This document shows positions 1 to 8,642 of a stretch of 55,637 nucleotides of DNA, one piece after another. The DNA comes from Candidatus Berkelbacteria bacterium (GTDB taxonomy: Bacteria; Patescibacteriota; UBA1384; DTJR01), in contig JAPLVK010000023.1 in the NCBI GenBank assembly GCA_026397175.1, positions 1 to 55,637 on the forward strand, written 5' to 3'. The stretch's first letter is position 1. The number at the start of each line of letters is the position of its first letter. The notes beneath the pieces were generated by a model. The model was not told the DNA's origin, searched no databases, and saw nothing but the letters and a program-made list of their open reading frames with translations. Made by a program: the position numbers and the translations under genes.

Positions 1-306
1 CAAGAAAATCCCGAAAGGATTCGGGATTTTATAAAAAAGATTGGTTCGAACTTCCGCATTGCCGACCGCACTTTGGTTTTGGATTTCAAAAATGCCTTTA
101 AAATTGCGGAAAAATACCAGGCCGAGGCGCGAAGCGCCGAGGCAACATCTTTCAATTTCGCTGAATGTAAAACTTGGCGGAGAGGGTGGGATTCGAACCC
201 ACGGATCCCTTGCGAGATCAACACATTAGCAGTGTGCTGCTATCGACCACTCAGCCACCTCTCCACTGGATACCTAATTTTCAAAAAATACACGTATCGA
301 GCGTAG
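1..306 (+). CDS. 3'-partial ORF entering from the left edge, product unknown. The frame stays open antisense across tRNA-Ser.
   Basis: Frame 1 is open from nt 1 to the TAG at 304-306. The first ~55 codons (QENPERIRDFIKKIGSNFRIADRTLVLDFKNAFKIAEKYQ...) look protein-like. The tail is simply the complement of the tRNA. Confidence 0.3.
   Translation, partial: QENPERIRDFIKKIGSNFRIADRTLVLDFKNAFKIAEKYQAEARSAEATSFNFAECKTWRRGWDSNPRIPCEINTLAVCCYRPLSHLSTGYLIFKKYTYRA
175..264 (-). tRNA. tRNA-Ser (anticodon GCU), class II with long variable arm, CCA encoded
   Basis: The reverse complement folds as GGAGAGG/CCTCTCC acceptor, GCTG-AGTGGTCGA-TAGC D arm, GCACA-CTGCTAA-TGTGT anticodon arm, a GATC...GATC variable arm, GTGGG-TTCGAAT-CCCAC T arm, then G-CCA. 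Confidence 0.92.
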
Positions 307-408
307 CTCGAATTAGCAGTCGTTTCAAGTTCCGCCCTTGAAACCTATCGACCACTCAGCCCAAGGCTGATCGGCCTAGGGCCGAAGCCACTCTCGCACT
401 CTTCCACA
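283..408 (-). ncRNA. Structured leader or sRNA upstream of tRNA-Ser containing tRNA-Ser-derived fragments (pseudo-tRNA)
   Basis: 17-nt identity to the tRNA D arm (345-361 vs 240-256) and 9-nt identity to the anticodon loop (312-320 vs 225-233). Three hairpins. TCGAGC-GTA-GCTCGA (297-311) followed by a T-run on the minus strand. Confidence 0.4.
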
Positions 409-414
409 GGAGTA

Positions 415-442
415 ATTATAACAAAATACTCAAAAAACTCAA
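415..442 (-). promoter_or_regulatory. sigma70-like promoter, TTGAGT-16 nt-TATAAT
   Basis: Minus-strand -35 at 442-437 and -10 at 420-415. It fires toward the pseudo-tRNA leader and tRNA-Ser. Confidence 0.55.
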
Positions 443-480
443 CCAATTGTCTTTGGGCAAAGTCCTATCTCTAACCAGCT

Positions 481-513
481 AAGCTCCCCGACGGATATAC
501 CGCCGGGGAGCTT
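481..513 (-). terminator. Hairpin after the amidohydrolase stop (weak T-tract)
   Basis: AAGCTCCCCG-13 nt-CGGGGAGCTT, 27 nt downstream of the stop at 540. Confidence 0.35.
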
Positions 514-539
514 GGAAGTTAGGACAAGGGGGGTCGTGA

Positions 540-1574
540 TCAGATGGCGGCAAAGACGCGTTGGTCTTCGGCGAGAGAACGGCGAGCGAACTCCCGATCA
601 ATGTTGTTGAGTTCTTCGCCGTGAGCGATCTTGTTCCAGATGTCCTCCTCGTAGAACCGAGTATCGTTGTAGACGCGCTCGAGTTCTCGGGCCAGGTCCA
701 CCCGCCGAGGGAGAGGGACGAAGATGTCTTCGATGTTGTCGGTGCCGAGGCGTAAAGGAACGCCGGCGACGATCAACTCGCGGACTCGGGCAATCGAGTT
801 GTGGGTCGGCGCACTGATCGGTCGTAGTTGGCGCATTGAGATGGCGGCGTGTGGGCAAACGATCACCCCGATTTTGTACTTGACAAGGTTCTCGACGAGG
901 CGACTGAATCTTGTCTCGTCGTACGCTGACGGTGAGATGACATGGACTGCCCAGACGGTCGGACCGCTGATCCCTTCGATCTTTGGTGCACCGAGCCAGC
1001 GCACCGCATCGATCAGCGTTTCGGTGCCACACTCCTGCGGATCGTTGGCCTGATCCACATGGATTTGCATCGGCAGGTGGTTTTCGTGGGCGATCTTAAA
1101 GAGCAGCTGGAGATGGCCGTCGAATCCGACAGTGTGTTCCGGCGCGCAGTCGCGTTCGGGCAATCCGACGAGAAACTGCGCCCGCTTAGCCGCTTCGCAA
1201 ATGAGCTCGTAGCGATCGGATCCGACTGTCTTGAACCCGAAGATCGGATAAGCGCCAACCTTCAGATCAAGTTCCGGGGCGAGTTCGGCTCGAAGCTTGA
1301 GCGCGGCGTCGAAAGCGACCAAGCCGATATCCGGCGAGGTGTCGGTGCAGGCCCAGACCTCTTTCTCGCCCGTGATCTTCTCTTCCAGAATTCCCTGCAT
1401 TCTCGCGTAGAGTTCGTCGGGCTTATACGCTGGCCCATTGTGGAGATCGCCGACGGCCTGCTGCTTGAGCGCGAGGGATGACTCCCTCACCTCTCTGACG
1501 GAACGCCCGGTGTGTTTCCAACACCCATCATCAGCGGTCCGTGCTCGATCCAAATGCACATGAGCGTCAATCAT
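540..1574 (-). CDS. Cytosine-deaminase-family (CodA-like) metal-dependent amidohydrolase, GC-rich island gene
   Basis: Motifs MIDAHVHLD (HxH), IHVDQANDPQ and GTDNIEDIFVPLP parallel CodA motifs. AGGAGG lies 8 nt before the ATG at 1574; the upstream TTG of the ORF track was rejected. Confidence 0.7.
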   Translation of the reverse strand: MIDAHVHLDRARTADDGCWKHTGRSVREVRESSLALKQQAVGDLHNGPAYKPDELYARMQGILEEKITGEKEVWACTDTSPDIGLVAFDAALKLRAELAPELDLKVGAYPIFGFKTVGSDRYELICEAAKRAQFLVGLPERDCAPEHTVGFDGHLQLLFKIAHENHLPMQIHVDQANDPQECGTETLIDAVRWLGAPKIEGISGPTVWAVHVISPSAYDETRFSRLVENLVKYKIGVIVCPHAAISMRQLRPISAPTHNSIARVRELIVAGVPLRLGTDNIEDIFVPLPRRVDLARELERVYNDTRFYEEDIWNKIAHGEELNNIDREFARRSLAEDQRVFAAI

Positions 1575-1610
1575 TTTGACTTTCCTCCTGTCCCTGGATT
1601 TCAAGGTACA

Positions 1611-1680
1611 AAAAAAATAACCCTGACGCCTAAATCATAGAACCGCTCCTTTCATTTGGCTTGGCGTGTGGTTATTTTTT
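1611..1680 (-). terminator. Long hairpin plus T8 after rplS
   Basis: On the minus strand, AAAAAATAACCACACGCC ... GGCGTCAGGGTTATTTTTTTT. Confidence 0.55.
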
Positions 1681-1694
1681 GCACTGCTATTAGT

Positions 1695-2213
1695 TTAAGC
1701 AGATGGCGGTTTGTTGTCAAGTGTAGTTAATTTTTCGCCCTTTTCTTCAACTTCTTCCTGACTTTCTTCGGCTATTTCTTCCGCATCTTCATTTTGATTT
1801 TTGGGATTTGCATTTTGAGATTCATCGCTTTCAGCGATGACCACATCCTCCCAAACCGTATCGTCTTTTTTCTCTTTTTTGAGCCGATTGGCTTTTTTGC
1901 CGATTAAGTTTCTGACATAGAAGAGTTTGGCGCGGCGAACTTTTGCCGATTTCAATTTCTCGATTTTGACAATTGATGGCAGATGAAGTGGGAAGGTTTT
2001 TTCGACTCCAACCCCGAGTGAAATCCTTCTAACTGTAAAACTGCCGTTAATGCCTTTCCCGTGTTGGTTTTTGATAATCAAACCCTCGAAAATCTGAATT
2101 CGCTCTTTGGCGCCTTCTCTGATTTTTTGATGAACTCTAACTCTGTCTCCGGCGCGAAGCTCGGGGACATTTTTTTTAAGCTGATGATGATTGTGGGTTA
2201 GATTAAGGTCCAT
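1695..2213 (-). CDS. rplS: 50S ribosomal protein L19 with acidic C-terminal extension
   Basis: [24 protein letters not shown]...[23 protein letters not shown]-like core, followed by ~55 extra acidic residues. Confidence 0.92.
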   Translation of the reverse strand: MDLNLTHNHHQLKKNVPELRAGDRVRVHQKIREGAKERIQIFEGLIIKNQHGKGINGSFTVRRISLGVGVEKTFPLHLPSIVKIEKLKSAKVRRAKLFYVRNLIGKKANRLKKEKKDDTVWEDVVIAESDESQNANPKNQNEDAEEIAEESQEEVEEKGEKLTTLDNKPPSA

Positions 2214-2228
2214 GATATAAATTTAAAA

Positions 2229-2726
2229 TTAATTTTTAATGCCGGTTTTCTTGCGTTCTTTGTTGATTTGGGGCATTTTGATCGGCTGCTCTTCTTTGAT
2301 AATTTTGCTTTCTGACTTTGCGTTTTTTGATTCTATATCTTCGGCAACTCTTTTTTCGATCACAATTTCTTCTTTTTTCTCAAGTTCTTTCTTAATATTG
2401 TTATTTTCCTCAACTTTTAACTTTTGACTTTTAACTTTTAACTTTGTTTCGCCAGAAACAACTGATACAAATTGCTTCGTCTTTTTGTTCGAATTGAAAT
2501 TTGTGTACAAAACTTTTTTAAAATTGACAATTCCGTCGCGAATAGCATAAAGAGTATCGTCTCCGCCTCGTTTTACGCCATCTGCTGGCATATAAAGCGT
2601 TCCGCGTTGCCTAATTATAATCTGACCACATTTGATTGGAGAACCACCAAAAATTTTGACGCCTAAGCGCTTTGATTCGGAATCCCTACCCAGTCGTGTT
2701 GTGCCTTTTGCTTTTGTATGAGCCAT
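2229..2726 (-). CDS. rpmA: 50S ribosomal protein L27 with Lys/Glu-rich C-terminal extension
   Basis: MAHTKAKGTTRLGRDSESKRLGVKIFGG...IIRQRGT core. The tail contains KLKVKSQKLKV, encoded by an aaagttaaaagt word repeat. Confidence 0.92.
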   Translation of the reverse strand: MAHTKAKGTTRLGRDSESKRLGVKIFGGSPIKCGQIIIRQRGTLYMPADGVKRGGDDTLYAIRDGIVNFKKVLYTNFNSNKKTKQFVSVVSGETKLKVKSQKLKVEENNNIKKELEKKEEIVIEKRVAEDIESKNAKSESKIIKEEQPIKMPQINKERKKTGIKN

Positions 2727-2774
2727 GCCGAACCTCCGGTTCGGAAAATCTAAATTCTAAATTCCAAATAGTTT

Positions 2775-2812
2775 TTACTTTATGAACTTTACAAACTTTT
2801 AACTTTACGAAC
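2775..2812. repeat. AT-rich word repeat, family B (aaagttcat / actttacaa)
   Basis: Same words as 33813-33851 and 36509-36606. Lies in the rpmA 5' UTR. Confidence 0.7.
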
Positions 2813-2828
2813 TCATTTGGCTTTTTAG

Positions 2829-2857
2829 ATATTAACAAAAAATTTTAAGGAGGTCAA
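2829..2857 (-). promoter_or_regulatory. rpmA promoter, TTGACC-17 nt-TAATAT
   Basis: Minus-strand -35 at 2857-2852 and -10 at 2834-2829. Confidence 0.55.
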
Positions 2858-2873
2858 GGGAATGCGCAAGCAA

Positions 2874-2902
2874 TTGACATTTTTCTCCAAATGCGCTATG
2901 TT
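2874..2902 (+). promoter_or_regulatory. Promoter of the GC-rich three-gene operon, TTGACA-17 nt-TATGTT
   Basis: Read directly from the sequence. Divergent from the rpmA promoter. Confidence 0.6.
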
Positions 2903-2955
2903 TTTGGGATCGTAAGATCTTTGAAAACTAGGAACAGAAAAAGGAGACAAAACAG

Positions 2956-3636
2956 ATGTTTAGTTATCCCGATGAAGTCGCAGCTTGTATGGAGAAAATA
3001 TGGGATCCTATCAAGCGGCTGATTGAATGGTTTGAAGTCATCAAAGGGGCGTCTCCAGTAACATTAACAAGACAGGGCATTTCGGCGGTTTACGCCGAAG
3101 TGCTGTTGGCGGGGATCGAGTTGGGTGAACTTAGGAAGTTGGTCGAAAAACTTCAGCCGGTTCCTGTTCCTCCGATCAGCGACGGAGTTCTTCGACTTGC
3201 CGAACAGATATGGGAGGACTTGGGGGAGGAAAAGAGGAAGCAATTTCTCGACAGTTTGGTGGACCCGATTTTTGCGGGGCAGAAAGTTGGCGAAGTATCG
3301 CCAATAGACGAACTCCTGCGTGATTCAGCCGAGCTGTTTTTTTCTACCCCATGCATCGGAGCACGCGGCGGCGAAAACCTGTTGATAGGTCTTCGAGTCA
3401 GGCAAGATATCAAGTTGCCGGACAGTTTCGAAGACTTCAAGGCGGAGTCAATAATGCGTCAAATTCGGGATACGAAAGTTAGAATCGGCACTATTCCGAC
3501 TGATCAGCTTGAGTTTGGCGACTATCATGGTTGTACTACGGCCGCCCTCAAAGGGGAGAACGGATCGCCGACCGAAGTACCTAGCGACATTGCGGTCCAA
3601 GAAGCCCAGGACGAAATCGCCCAACGCGGCGGATAG
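2956..3636 (+). CDS. Hypothetical protein (GC-rich island, gene 1 of 3)
   Basis: 226-aa ORF. AAGGAG lies 9 nt upstream of the ATG. No motif recognised. Confidence 0.7.
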   Translation: MFSYPDEVAACMEKIWDPIKRLIEWFEVIKGASPVTLTRQGISAVYAEVLLAGIELGELRKLVEKLQPVPVPPISDGVLRLAEQIWEDLGEEKRKQFLDSLVDPIFAGQKVGEVSPIDELLRDSAELFFSTPCIGARGGENLLIGLRVRQDIKLPDSFEDFKAESIMRQIRDTKVRIGTIPTDQLEFGDYHGCTTAALKGENGSPTEVPSDIAVQEAQDEIAQRGG

Positions 3637-3690
3637 TCCGCCTTATCAACTCGCAAACAAAAAACGGCAAAGCCAAGAAAAAGGTGAAAG

Positions 3691-4188
3691 ATGAACGAGA
3701 ATCTGCCGAAAGCATCGCCGATGGCCAACCAAGCCATTGGGGAACTTATAGCGGCAACGGTCCATGCGACCGTTTGCTCGATTCTAGAGAAAAACGGCAT
3801 GGCACCATGCTCTGTGGGTAGGCCTCATGTAAAGCTTGACGAAGAGTCCGTCATGAGTATGCTGGGTTGGGATGTTTTCTTCTATCATCCAGACAAACCC
3901 ACTAGAAGTATCAATATCATCTTCTATGTGCCAAAGAGTCCGTATTATTCTGAAGCGAAGCGGCGGGTAGAAGAACTGCTGTCTATGGTTCACGAAGGCG
4001 GATTCGTGTATCTCGATCTGCCCGAATGTATCTGCTTCAAACGACTCGAACGGTTCGGGGTTGATCTGGTTTACCACCAGAGCGAGGAAGCTGAAGTCAA
4101 AGAAGAAATCCTCCAACTCTTCGGCTGCTGCGGTGGCGCTTGCCATGAGGCAGAGGACACCGAACCACGCCGAAGCCGGACATGGTAG
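3691..4188 (+). CDS. Hypothetical protein (gene 2 of 3), Cys-rich C-terminus LFGCCGGACHE
   Basis: 165-aa ORF with a GGTGA SD. Same strand and composition as its neighbours. Confidence 0.65.
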   Translation: MNENLPKASPMANQAIGELIAATVHATVCSILEKNGMAPCSVGRPHVKLDEESVMSMLGWDVFFYHPDKPTRSINIIFYVPKSPYYSEAKRRVEELLSMVHEGGFVYLDLPECICFKRLERFGVDLVYHQSEEAEVKEEILQLFGCCGGACHEAEDTEPRRSRTW

Positions 4189-4245
4189 GACGCCTCGGCT
4201 AATCCGCCGAGCAATCAATAAACGGCAAAAGGAGAGAAACACACC

Positions 4246-4815
4246 ATGTGTGAAGTTGTGATTTCGAAAGCGCTTCGGGAACGCGCGATGGGCAAGATAG
4301 AGGATCCCGATCAAGTAAAGTCGGAGTTGATCGAGAATGTCTTGGAGGAACTAGTCCAACCCGAGGGACTAGATCTAAGGCGCTCGCAGGACGCGCGGCT
4401 AGGGGAGTATCTGCAGCAAAACTGCGATCTCGAGCTCTTTTATTTCGAGAGAGACGGTTGTCTGCGCGCTCGCTTAATGCCGAAAGCCCTAACTGAAGAT
4501 CTTGAGACGGTTTTGGGGCTTGATGTTGATACAGAGGAAGGTACGGCTAAAGTCATAAAAGTCCTCGAAGACCAAAACCGTACCCCCGCCAATCTCGCCG
4601 GAGTTGGCTTTGTGATTGATACCAGCCAATCCCCGCCGGTGGCCATGACACTGATGGAGGGAGTAGTGCTGGCCGATGCTAATTTCTTGAGCTTTGGGGA
4701 GTTTGTCAAGGCCATTTGTAGCGAGCTCAAGATTGAGCCGCCGGATCTAGCGCCTCTCTTTGAGTGTCTGAGTCAGCTGAAGCAGAAAATCAAAGAGGGA
4801 GCATCCGGTAGCTAG
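4246..4815 (+). CDS. Hypothetical acidic protein (gene 3 of 3)
   Basis: 189-aa ORF. AAGGAGAG lies 9 nt upstream of the ATG. Confidence 0.65.
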   Translation: MCEVVISKALRERAMGKIEDPDQVKSELIENVLEELVQPEGLDLRRSQDARLGEYLQQNCDLELFYFERDGCLRARLMPKALTEDLETVLGLDVDTEEGTAKVIKVLEDQNRTPANLAGVGFVIDTSQSPPVAMTLMEGVVLADANFLSFGEFVKAICSELKIEPPDLAPLFECLSQLKQKIKEGASGS

Positions 4816-4832
4816 GTAGACAACAAACAACA

Positions 4833-4886
4833 GGGCCACCCGTAGTCCCGCCATAGGCGCGGACGAAGGGTGGCCCTTTTTCTTTT
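4833..4886 (+). terminator. Intrinsic terminator of the three-gene operon
   Basis: GGGCCACCC (4833-4841) / GGGTGGCCC (4868-4876), followed by TTTTTCTTTT. Confidence 0.75.
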
Positions 4887-4916
4887 GGAAAAAAATGGTA
4901 AAAATAAGATGGTTGA

Positions 4917-5044
4917 ATAATGAATTACGAATAACGAATTACGAATGGGTTTGAAAATTAAAAATTGCAAAATTGAATGCCCGGAGGGCGAACCCGCATC
5001 CTGCGGGTGAGAAAATTGCAAAATTGAAAATTGTAAAATTATAA
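4917..5044. repeat. Composite AT-rich repeat: a family A arm, then family D arms (gaaaattg words) around a GC-rich hairpin core
   Basis: aatgaattacgaataacgaattacgaatggg, then gaaaattaaaaattgcaaaattgaa-[ACCCGCA-TCC-TGCGGGT]-gaaaattgcaaaattgaaaattgtaaaatt. Ends 1 nt before the dnaE ATG. Confidence 0.75.
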
Positions 5045-5045
5045 T

Positions 5046-8000
5046 ATGAATTTCACCCATCTCCACCTCCACACCCACTATTCTCTCCTTGACGGGCTAG
5101 GGAAACCCGAGGAGTTTATTTTAAGTGCCAAAGAAATGGGCATGAACTCGCTAGCTATCACCGATCACGGCGCCATGTACGGCGCAATCGAGTTTTACAA
5201 GGCAGCTAAAGCGGCGCAGATTAAACCGATTATCGGCGTAGAGGTCTATGTCGCGCCCCGATCATTAACTGACAAAATTTCAAAACTTGATTCTAGCCCG
5301 TACCACTTGATTTTGCTCGCTAAAAATCTTGAGGGTTATCAAAATTTGATGAAGCTAACCAGCATCGCTCATCTTGAGGGATTTTATTATAAGCCGCGCG
5401 TTGATAAAAAAATCCTTAAAAAATATTCAAACGGACTAATCGCATCTTCCGCTTGTCTTGCGGGGGAAATTCCACGCGCGCTTTTATCAAACGACGAGGA
5501 GATGGCGCAAAAAGCGCTTCTCGAATACCAAGAAATATTTGGCAAAGACAATTTCTATTTGGAGCTTCAAGATCATCCCGACATTAAAGATCAACAAATC
5601 GCCAACGAAGCCATCAAAAAATTGGCCCAAAAAACCCAAACGCCGCTCGTTGTAAGCTGTGATTCCCATTATGTAAAAAAAGAAGACCGTGAGGCGCATG
5701 ATGTTTTGGTCTGTGTGCAAACCGGCAAAACGGTTGATGATCCAAAAAGAATGACTTATGACGGCGATTTTTCGCTTCGCGACCCCAAAGAGCTGGCGGA
5801 GGTCTTTAAGGATGTTCCCGAAGCGCTAGAAAACACGCAAAAAATCGCCGATCAATGCAATCTCGAAATTAAATTTGGCGAAAACCTATTGCCCGATTTC
5901 CCGATTCCTTCAAAAAAATCGCCGGACGAATTTTTAAAAGACATTTGTCTGGTTGGTCTCAAAGAAAGATATCCCAAAGCAGACGAGAAAGAACAAAAAC
6001 AGTTGCTTGAGCGGCTTAATTACGAACTTTCGGTTATTAAAAAAATGGGTTTTGCCGATTACTTTTTGATTGTGGCCGATTATGTAAAATGGGCCAAAGA
6101 AAACGCAATTATGGTCGGTCCGGGCAGGGGCTCGGCCGCCGGTGCATTGGTTACATATTTGGCCTACATCACGGATGTTGATCCGATTCGCTACGGGCTG
6201 CTGTTTGAGAGATTCCTAAATCCCGATCGAATTGAAATGCCTGATATTGATCTTGATTTTGCCGATCATCGGCGCGCGCAGGTTTTACAATATGTTTCAA
6301 ATAAATATGGCGCAGATAAAGTGGCCGGCATTATTACTTTTGGAACAATGGCTGCGCGCGCCGCCATTCGCGACACCGGCCGCGCGCTGGGGATTTTGTA
6401 TGCGCAAGTAGATGCTATCGCCAAAATTGTCCCGCCGCCCCTGCAGGGCAAACACATTCCGCTATCAAAATCGATCGCAGAAAATAACGAGCTCAAAGAT
6501 GTTTATAAGCGCGATCCGCAAGCCAAGCGACTCTTGGATATGGCGACAAAGCTCGAAGGAACGGTGCGCCACGCCAGCCAGCACGCCAGCGCTTTCGTCA
6601 TAACTCGCGACGAGCTGCCTTGTTATGTGCCGCTCCAGAGCGCGCAAAAAGAAGGTGTTAGCCAAATCACCCAATATTCGATGTATCCGGTGGCCGAGCT
6701 CGGACTTTTAAAAATGGACTTTTTGGGACTTTCAAACCTGACCACGATCGAGCGAGCGCTTGAAATCATCGAAGCCGTCAATGGTGATAAAATTGATATT
6801 TTTAATCTTCCGCTTGATGACAAAAAATCATTTGCACTTTTAGGAAAAGCACAAACAGTCGGCGTGTTTCAATTTGAATCAAGCGGAATGCAACGCTACA
6901 TCAAGGAACTCAAACCGACTTCGATTGACGATATTGCCGTCATGGTGGCGCTTTATCGGCCCGGCCCGATGCAGTTTATTGATTCATTTATTGCGCGAAA
7001 AAATGGTCGGGAAAAAATTACATTTCCGCACGAGATGACAAAATCCGCGCTCGAGGTAACTTACGGCATTCCGGTTTATCAGGAGCAGGTGATGCAGATT
7101 TCAAAAGATATGGCCAATTTTACCGGCGGCGAGGCGGACAAACTTCGCAAAGCGATGGGCAAAAAAATCGCCAAATTGATGGCGGAAATGAAAGTTAAAT
7201 TTATTTCTGGCGCCGAAAAAAACGGTGTTTCGACCAAACAGGCCAACGAGGTTTTCGCCATGCTCGAGGATTTCGCCGCCTATGGCTTTAATAAGTCGCA
7301 CGCCGTTTGCTACGCCATGATTGCTTATCAAACCGCATATCTTAAGGCCAATTATCCCGAGTGTTTTATGGCCGCTTTGATGACCTCGGATTTAAACGAC
7401 ATTGACCGCATTGCTATTGAAATTGAGGAATGCGAGCGGATGAAAATTGATGTCTTGCCGCCCGATGTTAACGAGTCGTTTGTAGATTTTGGTGTGGTCA
7501 AGGAGTCGGGAAATATTCGCTTTGGACTGGGCGCGATCAAGGGGATTGGTGAAAATCCGGCCAGAATTATCGTCAAGGAAAGAAAGAAAAATGGGCCGTT
7601 TAAATCACTCGAGGATTTTGTGGATCGGATGATAAATTGCGAGGTGGACGGGGTCGGGGAGCGCATGATTTTAAATAAGAAGATCCTGGAGTCGCTGGCC
7701 AAATCAGGCGCGCTTGATAATTTTGCCGAGCGCGCGCAAATTTTAGCCGGCATGGAAATTATCACCAAGCGAATTCAAGACGCCTCAAAAGCCAAAAAAA
7801 CGGCGCAAATCGGGCTTTTTGGCGAAGTGCTGGCGGCCGATATTGAAATCGGGGGACTTGATTTGCCGCAAGTTGAACCGGCCACACAAGCGCAACGGCT
7901 CGCCTTCGAAAAAGAACATCTTGGCATTTATATTTCGGAGCATCCTTTGCGCGAAGTGGGCGAGATGCTAAAGCAGGCGGTTTCCCATCAAATCGGGGCG

Positions 8001-8636
8001 ATTGATTTGAATATGGACGGCAAAAGGGTGAAAATCGGGGGAATTTTGACCACGATTAAAAAAATCAACACCCGTTCCGGTCAGCCGATGGTTTTTGCAG
8101 GCATTGAGGATTTATCCGGAAAATCGGAGGTCTTGGTTTTTCCGAAATTGCTGCAGGAAAACGCCGAACTTTGGCAAAACGATAATATTTTGTTGGTTGA
8201 AGGAAAAATTTCGACCAAAGACAATCAAATTAAAATTCTAGCCGACAAGGCGGAAAAATTTGATGCGGAAAAAATTCAAAAAAATATGTCCAATGTACCA
8301 CAACACATGGTAACGGTTTCGGATGACGATGAAGTTGTCGAGATTGATTTATCCGATGAACCGGAGGCAAAAGTTGAAGAAGAAGTATTAAACGAAAAAT
8401 TCGCAAAAAACGAGTTATGTTTTGAAGATAACGGAGAGTTTAAAGTGATTTTGCCGAAGGGGACAAGCAAAGAAAAATTGGTTGAACTCAAAGAAATTTT
8501 CGAAAAATTCCCCGGGGAGTTGCCGGTGATCTTATATTACAAAAAAAATGGCAACTTCGACTCGGCAAGAACTAAAGTGCAAGTTAGTTCTGTAAAAGAG
8601 TTATTTGAGGAGATTAAGAAAGTTCTCGAGAAATAG
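5046..8636 (+). CDS. dnaE: DNA polymerase III alpha subunit
   Basis: 1196 aa. PHP domain HLHLHTHYSLLDG, polymerase core (GFADYFLIV, GPGRGSAAGALV, PDIDLDF) and an OB-fold tail. Confidence 0.97.
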   Translation: MNFTHLHLHTHYSLLDGLGKPEEFILSAKEMGMNSLAITDHGAMYGAIEFYKAAKAAQIKPIIGVEVYVAPRSLTDKISKLDSSPYHLILLAKNLEGYQNLMKLTSIAHLEGFYYKPRVDKKILKKYSNGLIASSACLAGEIPRALLSNDEEMAQKALLEYQEIFGKDNFYLELQDHPDIKDQQIANEAIKKLAQKTQTPLVVSCDSHYVKKEDREAHDVLVCVQTGKTVDDPKRMTYDGDFSLRDPKELAEVFKDVPEALENTQKIADQCNLEIKFGENLLPDFPIPSKKSPDEFLKDICLVGLKERYPKADEKEQKQLLERLNYELSVIKKMGFADYFLIVADYVKWAKENAIMVGPGRGSAAGALVTYLAYITDVDPIRYGLLFERFLNPDRIEMPDIDLDFADHRRAQVLQYVSNKYGADKVAGIITFGTMAARAAIRDTGRALGILYAQVDAIAKIVPPPLQGKHIPLSKSIAENNELKDVYKRDPQAKRLLDMATKLEGTVRHASQHASAFVITRDELPCYVPLQSAQKEGVSQITQYSMYPVAELGLLKMDFLGLSNLTTIERALEIIEAVNGDKIDIFNLPLDDKKSFALLGKAQTVGVFQFESSGMQRYIKELKPTSIDDIAVMVALYRPGPMQFIDSFIARKNGREKITFPHEMTKSALEVTYGIPVYQEQVMQISKDMANFTGGEADKLRKAMGKKIAKLMAEMKVKFISGAEKNGVSTKQANEVFAMLEDFAAYGFNKSHAVCYAMIAYQTAYLKANYPECFMAALMTSDLNDIDRIAIEIEECERMKIDVLPPDVNESFVDFGVVKESGNIRFGLGAIKGIGENPARIIVKERKKNGPFKSLEDFVDRMINCEVDGVGERMILNKKILESLAKSGALDNFAERAQILAGMEIITKRIQDASKAKKTAQIGLFGEVLAADIEIGGLDLPQVEPATQAQRLAFEKEHLGIYISEHPLREVGEMLKQAVSHQIGAIDLNMDGKRVKIGGILTTIKKINTRSGQPMVFAGIEDLSGKSEVLVFPKLLQENAELWQNDNILLVEGKISTKDNQIKILADKAEKFDAEKIQKNMSNVPQHMVTVSDDDEVVEIDLSDEPEAKVEEEVLNEKFAKNELCFEDNGEFKVILPKGTSKEKLVELKEIFEKFPGELPVILYYKKNGNFDSARTKVQVSSVKELFEEIKKVLEK

Positions 8637-8642
8637 AAGCAG

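Noticed and set aside
598-1481. Overlapping alternative-frame and antisense ORFs in the amidohydrolase island (598-1032 minus, 724-1053 plus, 942-1481 plus).
   Set aside because: These are stop-poor frames typical of GC-rich DNA. Their compositions are Arg/Pro/Ser-rich, and they overlap a gene with clear family motifs.
2844-2915. 17-codon mini-ORF (ATG at 2862) with a perfect AAGGAGG SD.
   Set aside because: The SD-like sequence is the reverse complement of the rpmA -35 region (TTGACC). The ORF also overlaps the island promoter. It is most likely coincidental.
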